Assembly: GCA_019244185.1 (NCBI GenBank)
Contig: JAFATB010000014.1
Coordinates: forward strand, 672,001 to 736,000
DNA from: Acidobacteriota bacterium
GTDB taxonomy: Bacteria > Acidobacteriota > Thermoanaerobaculia > Gp7-AA8
Direction: 5' to 3'
Length of the DNA stretch: 64,000 nt
Below, one piece after another: positions 38,473 through 48,125 of this stretch; positions within the stretch are counted from its first letter, which is position 1, and each line of letters begins with the position of its first letter. The position numbers and the translations under genes are program-made. Under the pieces are notes generated by a model. That model had not been told where the DNA came from, made no database searches, and saw only the letters and a list, made by a program, of their open reading frames with translations.

Positions 38473-39276
38473 TCATTCGCGCACGATCTGGTACGCGATG
38501 AGAATGACACCGACGACAAACAATGCACATGCCGCGGCGACTGAGGGGATCTCCGGCGGCCGATGGCCTTTGACAATTTCGTACAAGCTCGAAAAGGCCC
38601 CGCTCAGGAATGCGCCGCCGAGCATGCCGCAGAGGGCGTGCAACTTACGGCGTCGTTGCCGCGCGATGTTCTTCACCGCCATCGTTACGTAAAAACCCGA
38701 GATCGCAGGCGCGTCGTGCCGACGCATCACGCCGACGCATTCCATGAGGAGGTCGTGAATGTACCGGTCGACAGAATCATGAAAGGCGCTGAGGCCGTCC
38801 GGTGCAAACGGCGAAACCGGAAGATTGCGCAGCTGCTTACGCGCCGCTTCGGTGATCGTGGGATTCGTGATGCCAAGAGTCATGTCCCTGCTTCCTTCCT
38901 GTGCGAGACCCGCCGCTCCGATTGCGCGCCGGTAGACGTCTTTCGTCTGCCGCTCCAGTGCTTTCAGCATGGTCGAAGCGCTTCGTCCAGGCGTGTTCGC
39001 GAGCAACCGCGCGACCGCCGTGATGAAGCCGGCGAGAATGGCGATGAGGCTCACGGTGAGCTCGCGTTCGAATGTGAGGGCGAACATGCCAGCGACCGAG
39101 ACCGCCCCGGTAAGTGCGGTGGCGATGGTGACCGTTACGCTCAGGACGAACCGTGACGCCGACGAATCACTCTCAATCATTTTCTCGACGCGGCGATAGA
39201 CCTCAGCAGCACTGAGATTGTTCGCGCGCAGACGACGAAGCTGCTCCAGGAGCTCTTCCAGCGTTTTTCTGTTCAC
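38473..39276 (-). CDS. Four-TM membrane protein with a central histone-fold-like segment
   Basis: GTG 39276 overlaps the upstream stop; two hydrophobic pairs flank FAPDGLSAFHDSVDRYIHDLLMECVGVMRRHDAPAISGFYVTMAVKNI. Confidence 0.55.
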   Translation of the reverse strand: MNRKTLEELLEQLRRLRANNLSAAEVYRRVEKMIESDSSASRFVLSVTVTIATALTGAVSVAGMFALTFERELTVSLIAILAGFITAVARLLANTPGRSASTMLKALERQTKDVYRRAIGAAGLAQEGSRDMTLGITNPTITEAARKQLRNLPVSPFAPDGLSAFHDSVDRYIHDLLMECVGVMRRHDAPAISGFYVTMAVKNIARQRRRKLHALCGMLGGAFLSGAFSSLYEIVKGHRPPEIPSVAAACALFVVGVILIAYQIVRE

Positions 39277-40124
39277 ACGCGTCCCTCGAGAGATTCCTGG
39301 TCGGCCTTGTAGTCGAGCAGCCGCTGCGGGACCGTGGTTCCGAAGCGATAGTTGGACGGGTTGTCGCCGCAACGATCGAGTACGGCACGCCAGAAGGTCT
39401 TCAATTCATGGACAGGTGGACGAGCCACGCGCTGTCCCGACGTCGGCACTGTCGGCAGAATCGCAGTGACACTTGCACCGTTTAGTTGCAGCAACGATAC
39501 GGGCGGGAGCGCGCGGGCCGCGGCGATTTCGCGTTCGATGGAGGTCTTCTGCAACTTCACCGGCTTGTGCAGCAGCGAATCGCCGCAGTCTTCGAGCATG
39601 TCGCTGACCACCACGATCTCGGCAGCGGTGCCTGGTTCCGTAATTTCTTCCGCTTTGCGGAATGCGCCTGAGACGCATGTGTGATTCCGGCCGTCGGCCG
39701 GCCCGGCAAGTAATGTTCTCAGTTTGTCCGCGACGTCCCGGCTCCATTTCGCGCGCGCCATATCGACGGCTACGGCATCGCTCGTAGTCTGAATCTGCGG
39801 CAGTTGGTCATTGAAGACGGCTCCGGCGCGCTGCACGTCTTCAAGCAGGGGAAACACGTACAAGTGAGCGCCTGTCGGTAGGAGACCGATGATCGTTTGT
39901 ACGTTGGCAATGACCGACGCCTGTTCCTGCGGCGTAAGACTGCGGGTGACGTCTGCAAAGACGATGAACAGACGCGGTGATGCCGGTGTTTCGACCGATC
40001 CGGCCGAGGAGGACGCGGACGGTGCCATCGCTGCGTTGCTGCCGGTTGATGTCGTCGGCTGCTTACCGCCGCAAGCGATGACGACGGCGACGACGACGAG
40101 GCTCAGCGCGGATCGCCGAATCAC
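39273..40124 (-). CDS. Lipoprotein with vWA-like domain
   Basis: Lipobox VVIAC; FIVFADVTRS (DxTxS), HTC and IVVVSDMLE MIDAS-like elements. Confidence 0.65.
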   Translation of the reverse strand: MIRRSALSLVVVAVVIACGGKQPTTSTGSNAAMAPSASSSAGSVETPASPRLFIVFADVTRSLTPQEQASVIANVQTIIGLLPTGAHLYVFPLLEDVQRAGAVFNDQLPQIQTTSDAVAVDMARAKWSRDVADKLRTLLAGPADGRNHTCVSGAFRKAEEITEPGTAAEIVVVSDMLEDCGDSLLHKPVKLQKTSIEREIAAARALPPVSLLQLNGASVTAILPTVPTSGQRVARPPVHELKTFWRAVLDRCGDNPSNYRFGTTVPQRLLDYKADQESLEGRV

Positions 40125-41344
40125 GATGACGTTCTCTCCTGGACTGGTGCTGCAGTTTCGCTGAAGTGACGTTCGGCGACGCCGAGCCTACGTTTCAATG
40201 CGACCTGAATGCGCTCGTGCAACCGTCGCCCGTCATGCAACGTCTCCGGGACGAGAACGCCTCTCAGGAATCCTTGTTCGTAAAGGCTCATGGCTACGGC
40301 CTCAACGCGTCCTGCGTCGAGTTGAGCTGCCGCGGCAGCCTCGTTTTCGGCGCTTTTCACGAGGGCCTCGGTCTTCCGCGCTTCGGCCATCAGCTCGTCC
40401 GCAGCGGATCGCGTCTCTCGACAGCTCTTTCTCAGGACGCGATACCGATTGATGTTCTGAATGCGACTCCAGCCGACGGACGCACAGATGCCGCCGATGA
40501 TCGGCAGCGTCAGCGTCAGCAGCACGAACGACATTCCGGCGTCTCTCTGCATCTTTGCGGTAAGGCCGACGACGTCGGCGGCCATGCCGTTCGTATCGGT
40601 TGCCGTCGCGCGCCGCGCTTCCTGCAGCGATTTAACGCCGGTGCGCAGTTCCGCGAGGTAGTAGAGATTCCACGTGACGAGCGTAATGAGCCCGACGACC
40701 ATGACGCCGGACACGATGCGCATCCAGAGCTTGTGCTGTAACGCCGGCTTGAAGAAGAAGTCCGCGACGAATTTGAAGAAGAGACCCAGCGCCGCGATGC
40801 CGATCGCGAAGGCGAGCGGTTCCCACATGGATCTCCAGTCCAGCCGGATCGAGTCGAGGTTTGCGAGTTTCGCGTAGTTCGTTTTGATCTCGAGACCATC
40901 GGCGGCGAGAAGCGAAAGCGGCAGATCTGCAATCCAAAGGATTGCCGCTACGACGCAGTAAACGACACCCAGAGGCCAGGAAAAACTTGCCGGACTGTCG
41001 AGACGGTGGCGCTCGAGCGCGATGAATCCCTCTTCGATCCGTACGGCGTCGCCGCGCGCCCGGTCGGCACGCTCGACGGCCGTGTGCATATCGGCTTTCG
41101 CCAGTTCGACGCGATGCGTCGTCGCTGCGCGTACTGCAGCGCACCACTGCTCGGCGCGATGACGGTAGACCGCTGAAATCTGCGGTGCGCGAACGCCGAG
41201 GCGACCGTCCGTCCAGCCCCGACGGTACTCCGCTTCACCGTACGAAGTCGGTAGCGGTTCACCCGAACTGTCATCGAAGCGTTCGTTGGTGTCGTTGCCT
41301 GCCAGTGGCCATGCGGAAACTTCATGTACTGTGTTGTCCGTCAT
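40121..41344 (-). CDS. Multi-pass membrane protein with flanking coiled coils
   Basis: About 4 hydrophobic segments between helical Ala/Glu/Arg-rich regions; ATGA/GTGA overlaps on both sides. Confidence 0.7.
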   Translation of the reverse strand: MTDNTVHEVSAWPLAGNDTNERFDDSSGEPLPTSYGEAEYRRGWTDGRLGVRAPQISAVYRHRAEQWCAAVRAATTHRVELAKADMHTAVERADRARGDAVRIEEGFIALERHRLDSPASFSWPLGVVYCVVAAILWIADLPLSLLAADGLEIKTNYAKLANLDSIRLDWRSMWEPLAFAIGIAALGLFFKFVADFFFKPALQHKLWMRIVSGVMVVGLITLVTWNLYYLAELRTGVKSLQEARRATATDTNGMAADVVGLTAKMQRDAGMSFVLLTLTLPIIGGICASVGWSRIQNINRYRVLRKSCRETRSAADELMAEARKTEALVKSAENEAAAAAQLDAGRVEAVAMSLYEQGFLRGVLVPETLHDGRRLHERIQVALKRRLGVAERHFSETAAPVQERTSS

Positions 41345-43356
41345 TTTTTCGTCCCTTCTGGGAGCGGAGGGGGAAGGGGTATCGCAAACCGGAGCGAGCG
41401 TGTGGCCGCCTCCTGAGAGAGAATCAGGAGCCGCAGTTCGTTCGCTCCTTTTCCCGCCCGCGCGATCAGTTCGGCGTCCTCGGCGGTGGACTCATCGACC
41501 CGTCCTTGCGTCTCTGCCAGTTCGCGGCGAAGTTCCTTTCGCCGTTCGAGTGAGGTCTCCCGTTCGATCTCTTCGATCTTGTTCGCGATTCGTTGTTTGC
41601 TCTCCTCCAGGCGCGAAATTTGACGTGACAGCTTCGTGATGGCCTCGAACAATTCGGGCGGCAAACCAGCGTCGAACGCCGCGAACTCGAAAGACGCAGT
41701 GAGCTGGGAAGTCTTCTTCCGCGATAACGGCCATAGGCTCACGGTGTACCAGTGTTTCTTTCCTGAGTTGCCGTTCGACATGCCATACCCGTTGCCGAGG
41801 CTTAGCGCGCGTTGAAACTTTTCAATACGCAAACGCTCGCGCGCGTAATCGGCGTCGATCTGGATCTGCCGTTGCAGCGCACGGCGGGAAAGCTGTGGTT
41901 GCTCGGGGCCGTACGTGTAGAAGCGGGTGTCAGCTTCAATTTCGCGCAAGCGCTCCTGCGTTTTGTCCACGTCCTTGTAAACACCTTTGTAGACGAGACC
42001 GTAGGCCAGCGACAGAGAGCCGAGAAGCATGAAAAGCATCCAGAGACCCCACCGCGCATCGCGCGCGAGGTACGCTGCCAACGTCACTGCGGCGATCAGG
42101 GCCAGCGGCGCGACCGCGAATTCCCATGAACTGCTGAAACTGCGGCCATCGTTCCGCGGCTCGATGATTTTGATCGCATACATCATTGTGACCGCGGCGG
42201 TGAGCATTGCGATCGTGCTTCCGATCGCCGTGTTGGTGAGGGTCGACAGTAAGTGACGGAAAACGCCCTGCTCCGTGCGGCCTGCGGCAACGAATGCTAC
42301 GATCATGCATCCCGCGAGAACGTAGGGTAGCGACGCGATCAGCCTGATGTATGAATGGCGCGTGATGTCGGCCTGGCCGAAATGCAGGCCTGGAATGGAC
42401 GTCGAGCGCCGTTCGAGTTTTTTCCATGAGTCGTAGAAACGGTGCATCAGCCAGTCGACACCGATCGTTGCGAATAGGAGTAAAAGGACGCATGCGAAAA
42501 GCAGCGTGAAAGGCGTCTCAAATCGTGACAGCGACTGGTTCGGTAAGTCCGCGAATGATCGGGCTGTCGTCAGCACCCAGTCGATGGTGAAGTCGTCATC
42601 GATCAATTGAGCAAATACTGCTCCGATTGCCGGAACGGAGGCGTATCCGACCCACGCCAGGAATCCTGCGAGAGTGCGGGTGATGAGGGCCGCGCTCAAG
42701 CGAGACGATCGCTGCTCGACTTCCTCTGCTAGTGTGCGCAGTTTCTCCGTCCGCGCTTTGAGCTCTTCGAGCTTTCGGGCACGACTCTCCGCCGCTGCCT
42801 CCCACGACTTTTTCCGCTCCTGAAATTCTCTGAGCGCGTCGCCATGGAGCCTGTCGCGAGCTTCCTGGCGCTGAATGTCGAGCTGCTGGATTTGAGCTGC
42901 AACTAGGGCCTGTGCGTTGGCCAACCGTTTCTCGTTGAGCTCTCGTTGGGCCCCGTCGAGTTGCGCCTGAAGGCCATCGAGCTCGCTGTCAATCCGCGCC
43001 GCCTCCGCGGAGTGCTCGCGGAGTTCCTCGGCGAGCGGCGTATGGACGGCCAGTTCTTCGTGAATGCGAGCCGCGTTTTGTAGAAGTTGTGAGCGTTCCC
43101 GATCCCCTCGAGCGATAATTGCAGCGCGTACGTTTCCCTCGATCGTCCTGACCCATACATCCATTTCGCGTCCATCCGACCCGCCATCGGGGAATGCCGC
43201 GCGGACGGTCGCTGCGTCGAGGACATCGTCGACCGTTACGAGGCCGGACGCCGGCCGTAGCAAGAGCACGGGCGTGCTTGCCGCGTCTTCTTTTGCGTCA
43301 TCGTCAATGTCCATCCTCTCCTCCGCCGGACGGCACTCTCTGCCTGCTACGGACAC
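41341..43356 (-). CDS. Coiled-coil multi-pass membrane protein
   Basis: Long N- and C-terminal heptad-rich regions around about 6 TM segments; start at 43356 or 43314. Confidence 0.7.
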   Translation of the reverse strand: MSVAGRECRPAEERMDIDDDAKEDAASTPVLLLRPASGLVTVDDVLDAATVRAAFPDGGSDGREMDVWVRTIEGNVRAAIIARGDRERSQLLQNAARIHEELAVHTPLAEELREHSAEAARIDSELDGLQAQLDGAQRELNEKRLANAQALVAAQIQQLDIQRQEARDRLHGDALREFQERKKSWEAAAESRARKLEELKARTEKLRTLAEEVEQRSSRLSAALITRTLAGFLAWVGYASVPAIGAVFAQLIDDDFTIDWVLTTARSFADLPNQSLSRFETPFTLLFACVLLLLFATIGVDWLMHRFYDSWKKLERRSTSIPGLHFGQADITRHSYIRLIASLPYVLAGCMIVAFVAAGRTEQGVFRHLLSTLTNTAIGSTIAMLTAAVTMMYAIKIIEPRNDGRSFSSSWEFAVAPLALIAAVTLAAYLARDARWGLWMLFMLLGSLSLAYGLVYKGVYKDVDKTQERLREIEADTRFYTYGPEQPQLSRRALQRQIQIDADYARERLRIEKFQRALSLGNGYGMSNGNSGKKHWYTVSLWPLSRKKTSQLTASFEFAAFDAGLPPELFEAITKLSRQISRLEESKQRIANKIEEIERETSLERRKELRRELAETQGRVDESTAEDAELIARAGKGANELRLLILSQEAATRSLRFAIPLPPPLPEGTKK

Positions 43357-43389
43357 CAGCCATTTCGCGAATGTGAGATGAACGCTGAC

Positions 43390-45138
43390 TCATGTTCGTG
43401 GACGGCGCGTGAGTCCTCGCACGAGCAGGCAGGCAGCGGCCGCGGATATGAAGATCGCAATCGCGATCCACGTCACTGGCGGCGTTTGTTCGAATGCGAC
43501 ATCCGCCGGCGTAAAGCAGACGTTGTAGGTCTCAGGGAGCAATGCGCGCTCCGCCGAGAGATGTAGGCGATAGCGTCCGGGTGCCGCCGCGCCCTCGATG
43601 TGCGCCTCCAACACGCCGTTGCGCACATGGAACGCGGCGCGGTTCGGAGTCAGGTGATCCTCACGATAGACCGCAAGACGGAGCCACTGCGGCGCCGGTC
43701 CCGTATCCAGTGAGTACCAGTCCACGCGGCGGCGCGCTTCGTCACGGCAATCGATCGCGATCCGCGTGGGCCATGTCCACATGCCCATGGCGACGGTGCT
43801 GGTGCGGAAGGCACGGACGCGACAGTCGATCCGCTCGGCAGGTGTAACGGTAAAGCCCGACCAGTGGTCGTGAAAGATCGCTAGTTCGCGGCCGTTGATA
43901 TTCCGCGTGGTGATCCGGACATCGGTCCAGTAGCGGCCGGCGCGATGACAGGCGATGGAATGTGCAACGATGAACGTAGCCGGTGCGGACGCACGCACTC
44001 GCACCATGGCCGTGGGAACATGCGCGCCTGCTGGCGTCACCAGCATTAGCGACAGAGAAAGAGGGTATTCCGGCAGCTCGAGCATCGGCGTGCCATTGCT
44101 GTCGACGAGTCGGTACGCGATACCGACCTCGTCATGCTGCCGCGGAGCGGTGCCGACGGACGGATACAGAAGCATCCCGCGCGCGAAGAACTGTTGAGAG
44201 AAGATCTTCACGTGCAGGCGCCCGGCGGGTACGCGGAACAACCATTGGCCCGGCGCCGGACGATGGACGGTCACCGCGACGAGTGTGTCTCCCAGATGTA
44301 CGCGTTCGACGCCCGCACTACTGTCGTTCAGCGGCCACAACGTGTCGGGCGCGTAGATGTCGACCCGTCCCGTGGGCTTGGATCGCGAGACGATGTCGAA
44401 CACAACCACATCAAGATAGGGCGCTACAACCAGCACCTCGGCCGATTCCGATGCGGCAGTCGTCGTATCGCTTTCGCGCGACGGAGCGCCGAGGATCGTT
44501 GTGAAGACGGAGTGGATTGCCCGCACCGCGGTGATGCGGTTGCGCTGTAAGGCGTGTACACGGTTGTGAGAAACGGATTGCCATAAACCTCGAGGCACAC
44601 CGCCATGGATGCCATTGAGCAAGAAAACATCGATCGTCGCCGGCCCGAGATCGGCGGCCGTCATGCGCAGCAACTCACATGAGACACATCGTCCGCCGGC
44701 GGGACGACCGTTGGGAATGCCATCTGTCACCAGTACAACTGCGCGGCGCCTTAGCGGGTCGTCCGGCAATGACGCCAGCAAGTCGCGTGACGTTTCGAAC
44801 GCGCCGACGAGGTTTGTCCGTCCGAGGTGCGTTCGAGCGGTCGCATCAATGACGCGCCGGATCCCTTCGTGGTCTCGAGCGACGACCGTGAAGGGGAGGT
44901 CGATGCGTACGGTCGTACCGAAACTGACCAATGCGAGCCGGTGCATGAGGTGCGATGTCGTCGCGCTGTGTGCGAGCAACTCGGCGGCGACGATGCTGAC
45001 CGTGGAGGAAATACCTGCAGAGTCCCTCGTGCTCGCTGACCGATCGATGAGCACGAGCAGATCGACACCGGCATCCGCGTACACGGCCCGACTGACCAGG
45101 ATCAGCGCGAGCAGTGTCGGGACGACGAACCTGGACAC
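43390..45138 (-). CDS. Exported vWA domain protein with C-terminal membrane anchor
   Basis: Signal peptide; DLLVLIDRSAS (DxSxS), GRTNL, VLVTDG; C-terminal WIAIAIFISAAAACLLV followed by basic residues. Confidence 0.8.
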   Translation of the reverse strand: MSRFVVPTLLALILVSRAVYADAGVDLLVLIDRSASTRDSAGISSTVSIVAAELLAHSATTSHLMHRLALVSFGTTVRIDLPFTVVARDHEGIRRVIDATARTHLGRTNLVGAFETSRDLLASLPDDPLRRRAVVLVTDGIPNGRPAGGRCVSCELLRMTAADLGPATIDVFLLNGIHGGVPRGLWQSVSHNRVHALQRNRITAVRAIHSVFTTILGAPSRESDTTTAASESAEVLVVAPYLDVVVFDIVSRSKPTGRVDIYAPDTLWPLNDSSAGVERVHLGDTLVAVTVHRPAPGQWLFRVPAGRLHVKIFSQQFFARGMLLYPSVGTAPRQHDEVGIAYRLVDSNGTPMLELPEYPLSLSLMLVTPAGAHVPTAMVRVRASAPATFIVAHSIACHRAGRYWTDVRITTRNINGRELAIFHDHWSGFTVTPAERIDCRVRAFRTSTVAMGMWTWPTRIAIDCRDEARRRVDWYSLDTGPAPQWLRLAVYREDHLTPNRAAFHVRNGVLEAHIEGAAAPGRYRLHLSAERALLPETYNVCFTPADVAFEQTPPVTWIAIAIFISAAAACLLVRGLTRRPRT

Positions 45139-45147
45139 GCTGAGTCC

Positions 45148-48120
45148 TCACGACTGCCGGGGATTTTCGTCTGGCGCTGGTTCGTTCTGATTGCGATAGC
45201 GCCGGCGGTCGTACAGACGTGCGAGTGCCCGATATCTGCCGTTCGCGAAGAGCGCTTCCGCTTTGTCCGGCTGGCGCAGGAGATACCGCAACAACAGCTC
45301 GATCAACTCGATCTGGCAGTTTGTGTTCGGCGACGCCGTTTCATTCCAAGGCCGGATACGTAGCCGGATGCCGCCGTGCGCGTCCCATACCTGGTGTGCC
45401 GCGTCGACGACTTCCGTGACGAGCGTTTGGTGCGTTTGCGTATCGAGTGGCGAATGGGGCTCGTCGAACTTTTCGGGCGCCTCACGAAAGATGTGCATCG
45501 GGTAACGGTCAGGCGCTTTGTTGCGTTCCTGATCGCCGATGTGCGCCGCGTATTGCGCGAACAGTTCGTGCATGCCGTCCAGCGCGTTCGGAGGAATGCC
45601 GTAAATAAAGCTGACCACCCCCAGTTGCAGAGGGTCCGTTGAAACGAGCCGGTTCATTCGGCCGAGGGTTCGGCCGAACACGTCCGGCAGGATCAGGGAT
45701 GGCGGGGCGAGGAGGTAACTCTGCAACTGCTGGCCGACCGCGGCGCGCGAAAAGCTGACGAGCGGTTCGGCGCCCTCGTCGAGCGCTTCGGCTGCCGACC
45801 CGTGCAACTCTCGGGCGACTTGCGGCAGCATCCAGCCGTTGTCGAGAAACGTGAGTGCACCGGCGGTCATCGCCTTTACGTGCTGAAAGAGGATTTCAAT
45901 CGTCGTAGAACGATCGAGCGATGACAGCGTTTTCGAAGTCAGGCGATGGCAGTCCCGCGCAAGGCCGTTGCCGTGCAGCGGCGTGAGCACCACGTCCTCG
46001 GCGCTCACCTTCGCGACGTGTTCACCGAGCTCTTTGAGGAGCGTGTCGCTTGCAATGAGCCGTGTCGTGTACGCTTCCCACCGGCCGCGTGCATTGCTGC
46101 CTCGATATTTGCGCAACGCGACGCGGGCCAGGCGCCAATTATTATTCGCGAGAGTAGACGCGTTTTCCGCAGCCGTGATGGCGGGAGCAAGCACCTCATC
46201 GCGCCACCTCTTCAATTCGGTTGCAGCGATGACCCAGGCCCGTGGCGCCAGCGCATTGGCGACGTATGCGGTGCGGTGCGCGATCAATTGCTTGCGCAAG
46301 CTCTCCAGATCGCGTGCGATGCCGCTGAGTGTCTGGGTGAAAGCGCCACTGTGCGGAGATGGTGCGATCTTGAGATGAACGAGCAGACTGCGCCCCATCG
46401 CACGCCAGCCACGCTGTTCCAGTCGTTGTTTCTGCATCAACCCGCCGAGCCGGCTCTCGGCCGCATTGACCGCGTCTGCCAGGCTCGTCATCGAGGGGCG
46501 TTTGCTCGTTGCCGCCGCCTGATCCTCGAGTACTCTGGCGGCACGACTGAGAAGATCGTTCAGGAAGTGAAGGCCACGGCCCGTAGCCGGCTCCCAGGCC
46601 AAATCCCATAGACGTGCCGCGATCGCGCCGCCGTCGCGCAGGCCTTCATCCCAAACCGATTGCCAGCCCGGAAGCGCGTTGGCGAGCAATGTGGCAGCCG
46701 AGACGATGGTTCCGCTGTCTGCTGCCCGCGGTGCGACCAGAGAGGCGTCACGTTTCAAATCATCAATCGTGGCACGCGCCGCCTCCAAAAACTTCTTCGC
46801 GAGATCCACGGCGCGGTCGGGAAGCGTGGATGGGCCAGGCGCGGGCGGAAGACCTTTGCCCGGATCAGCGTCAGACTGCACGCGCGAGAGAAGGTCATCC
46901 CGCACGAGACCAAGTTCCGCCAGCAGACCATCCGGCTGAATGGCGCCATCCGAGAAGCCGAGGATCGTGTCGAATTCGTCGACCGGCTGTTGCTCGCGCC
47001 GGCGTGGCTTTCCATTGAGGGCGTGTTCAAGGGCCTCGCGAACCCAACCCCACCGGAACCAGTCTTTGATTTCTTCCGCCGGAAAACGGACGTTTCGAAC
47101 TCCGAAGCTGGCGAGAAACGTTTTACGCGAGCCGGTCTCCAGGCGTTTGCGCGTGTCCTCGGACAGGAGATCTTTGTTGTCGGCGTGAATGAATTCGGAA
47201 GCGTAACCGCGAACGCGCTCTTCGCGCTGGTTCGGCAGTAATTCGGAAATTTTCCTTCCCACTTCCGTCACGCAGAGATGCAGTTGTGCCTCGGCGATCG
47301 TCCACGCGACTTCGGCGAGGCTCCGCGTGGAGCCGCCCGCGGATTCCGGCCGGCCATCGATGTAGTAAACCCAATCGAAGAGCCGGTCGTCATCGCGCGT
47401 GTTGCCGATCGAGATGACCTGGTCGCGCAGGCGATAGGCGCTTCGAAACTCGTGGTCCGCCGCGAAATGGTGTAATTCCTTCACCAGCGCATACGTCGAT
47501 GCGCGCATCCGGTCGCGCTGGTCCTGACGCAGCGGCACCGATGGATCGTCGAGATAGACCGTCGGTCCGACGAGAAAGAAGAAAATCCGCGGACTCTCGC
47601 CTCGTTCGCGAAAGTAATGGCGCAGCAGCGCGGCCGCATCGAGAATCATCCCGGCGCCCGTACCACCGCACGCGCTCGCCGTCAGGAATACTTGGAGCGG
47701 CTGGGTCGGCGACGTGCGCCGTTCGCGCAGACGCGCGCAGGCCTGCTCGACGAGGCTGGAAAAATCATCGCGACAATTTACGAGGCTGGCGGCGCCGAAA
47801 ATCCGGGTGATGCCGCAGCCCTGGGACGAGTCGACCACCGGATGGTCGCCAATGTTCTCCGGGAAGCGGTGTTCGTGGAACTCTTTGAAGATGGGTTGTT
47901 CGAACTGATAAACATTGCGATAGCAATAATGGCGCGCGCGTTCGTGATCCTCGACGGCCGGTTCCTGGGAATCGATGAAAAACGGCTCGATCAGCTGTCG
48001 TTCGTCGGGTTTTAAGTTCTCTATGAGCGTCAGCAGAGATTTACCGGCGGCGATTCCGCTACCGCCGAGATACAGCGACAGCGTCGGTTGAAGCGTGGAG
48101 ATCTCAGTCCTGGTCAGCAT
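45148..48120 (-). CDS. Tubulin/FtsZ-like GTPase (Tubulin_2 / FtsZl1-type) with long helical C-terminus
   Basis: LYLGGSG, FIDS, QGCGITRIFG, SACGGTGAGMILD (tubulin signature variant), ASTYALVKEL, LFDWVYYID and FLASFG. Confidence 0.85.
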   Translation of the reverse strand: MLTRTEISTLQPTLSLYLGGSGIAAGKSLLTLIENLKPDERQLIEPFFIDSQEPAVEDHERARHYCYRNVYQFEQPIFKEFHEHRFPENIGDHPVVDSSQGCGITRIFGAASLVNCRDDFSSLVEQACARLRERRTSPTQPLQVFLTASACGGTGAGMILDAAALLRHYFRERGESPRIFFFLVGPTVYLDDPSVPLRQDQRDRMRASTYALVKELHHFAADHEFRSAYRLRDQVISIGNTRDDDRLFDWVYYIDGRPESAGGSTRSLAEVAWTIAEAQLHLCVTEVGRKISELLPNQREERVRGYASEFIHADNKDLLSEDTRKRLETGSRKTFLASFGVRNVRFPAEEIKDWFRWGWVREALEHALNGKPRRREQQPVDEFDTILGFSDGAIQPDGLLAELGLVRDDLLSRVQSDADPGKGLPPAPGPSTLPDRAVDLAKKFLEAARATIDDLKRDASLVAPRAADSGTIVSAATLLANALPGWQSVWDEGLRDGGAIAARLWDLAWEPATGRGLHFLNDLLSRAARVLEDQAAATSKRPSMTSLADAVNAAESRLGGLMQKQRLEQRGWRAMGRSLLVHLKIAPSPHSGAFTQTLSGIARDLESLRKQLIAHRTAYVANALAPRAWVIAATELKRWRDEVLAPAITAAENASTLANNNWRLARVALRKYRGSNARGRWEAYTTRLIASDTLLKELGEHVAKVSAEDVVLTPLHGNGLARDCHRLTSKTLSSLDRSTTIEILFQHVKAMTAGALTFLDNGWMLPQVARELHGSAAEALDEGAEPLVSFSRAAVGQQLQSYLLAPPSLILPDVFGRTLGRMNRLVSTDPLQLGVVSFIYGIPPNALDGMHELFAQYAAHIGDQERNKAPDRYPMHIFREAPEKFDEPHSPLDTQTHQTLVTEVVDAAHQVWDAHGGIRLRIRPWNETASPNTNCQIELIELLLRYLLRQPDKAEALFANGRYRALARLYDRRRYRNQNEPAPDENPRQS

Positions 48121-48125
48121 TCAGA

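Noticed and set aside
45148-48120. Calling this gene ftsZ
   Set aside because: Far too long, variant signature, and no ftsA/ftsQ/mur context.
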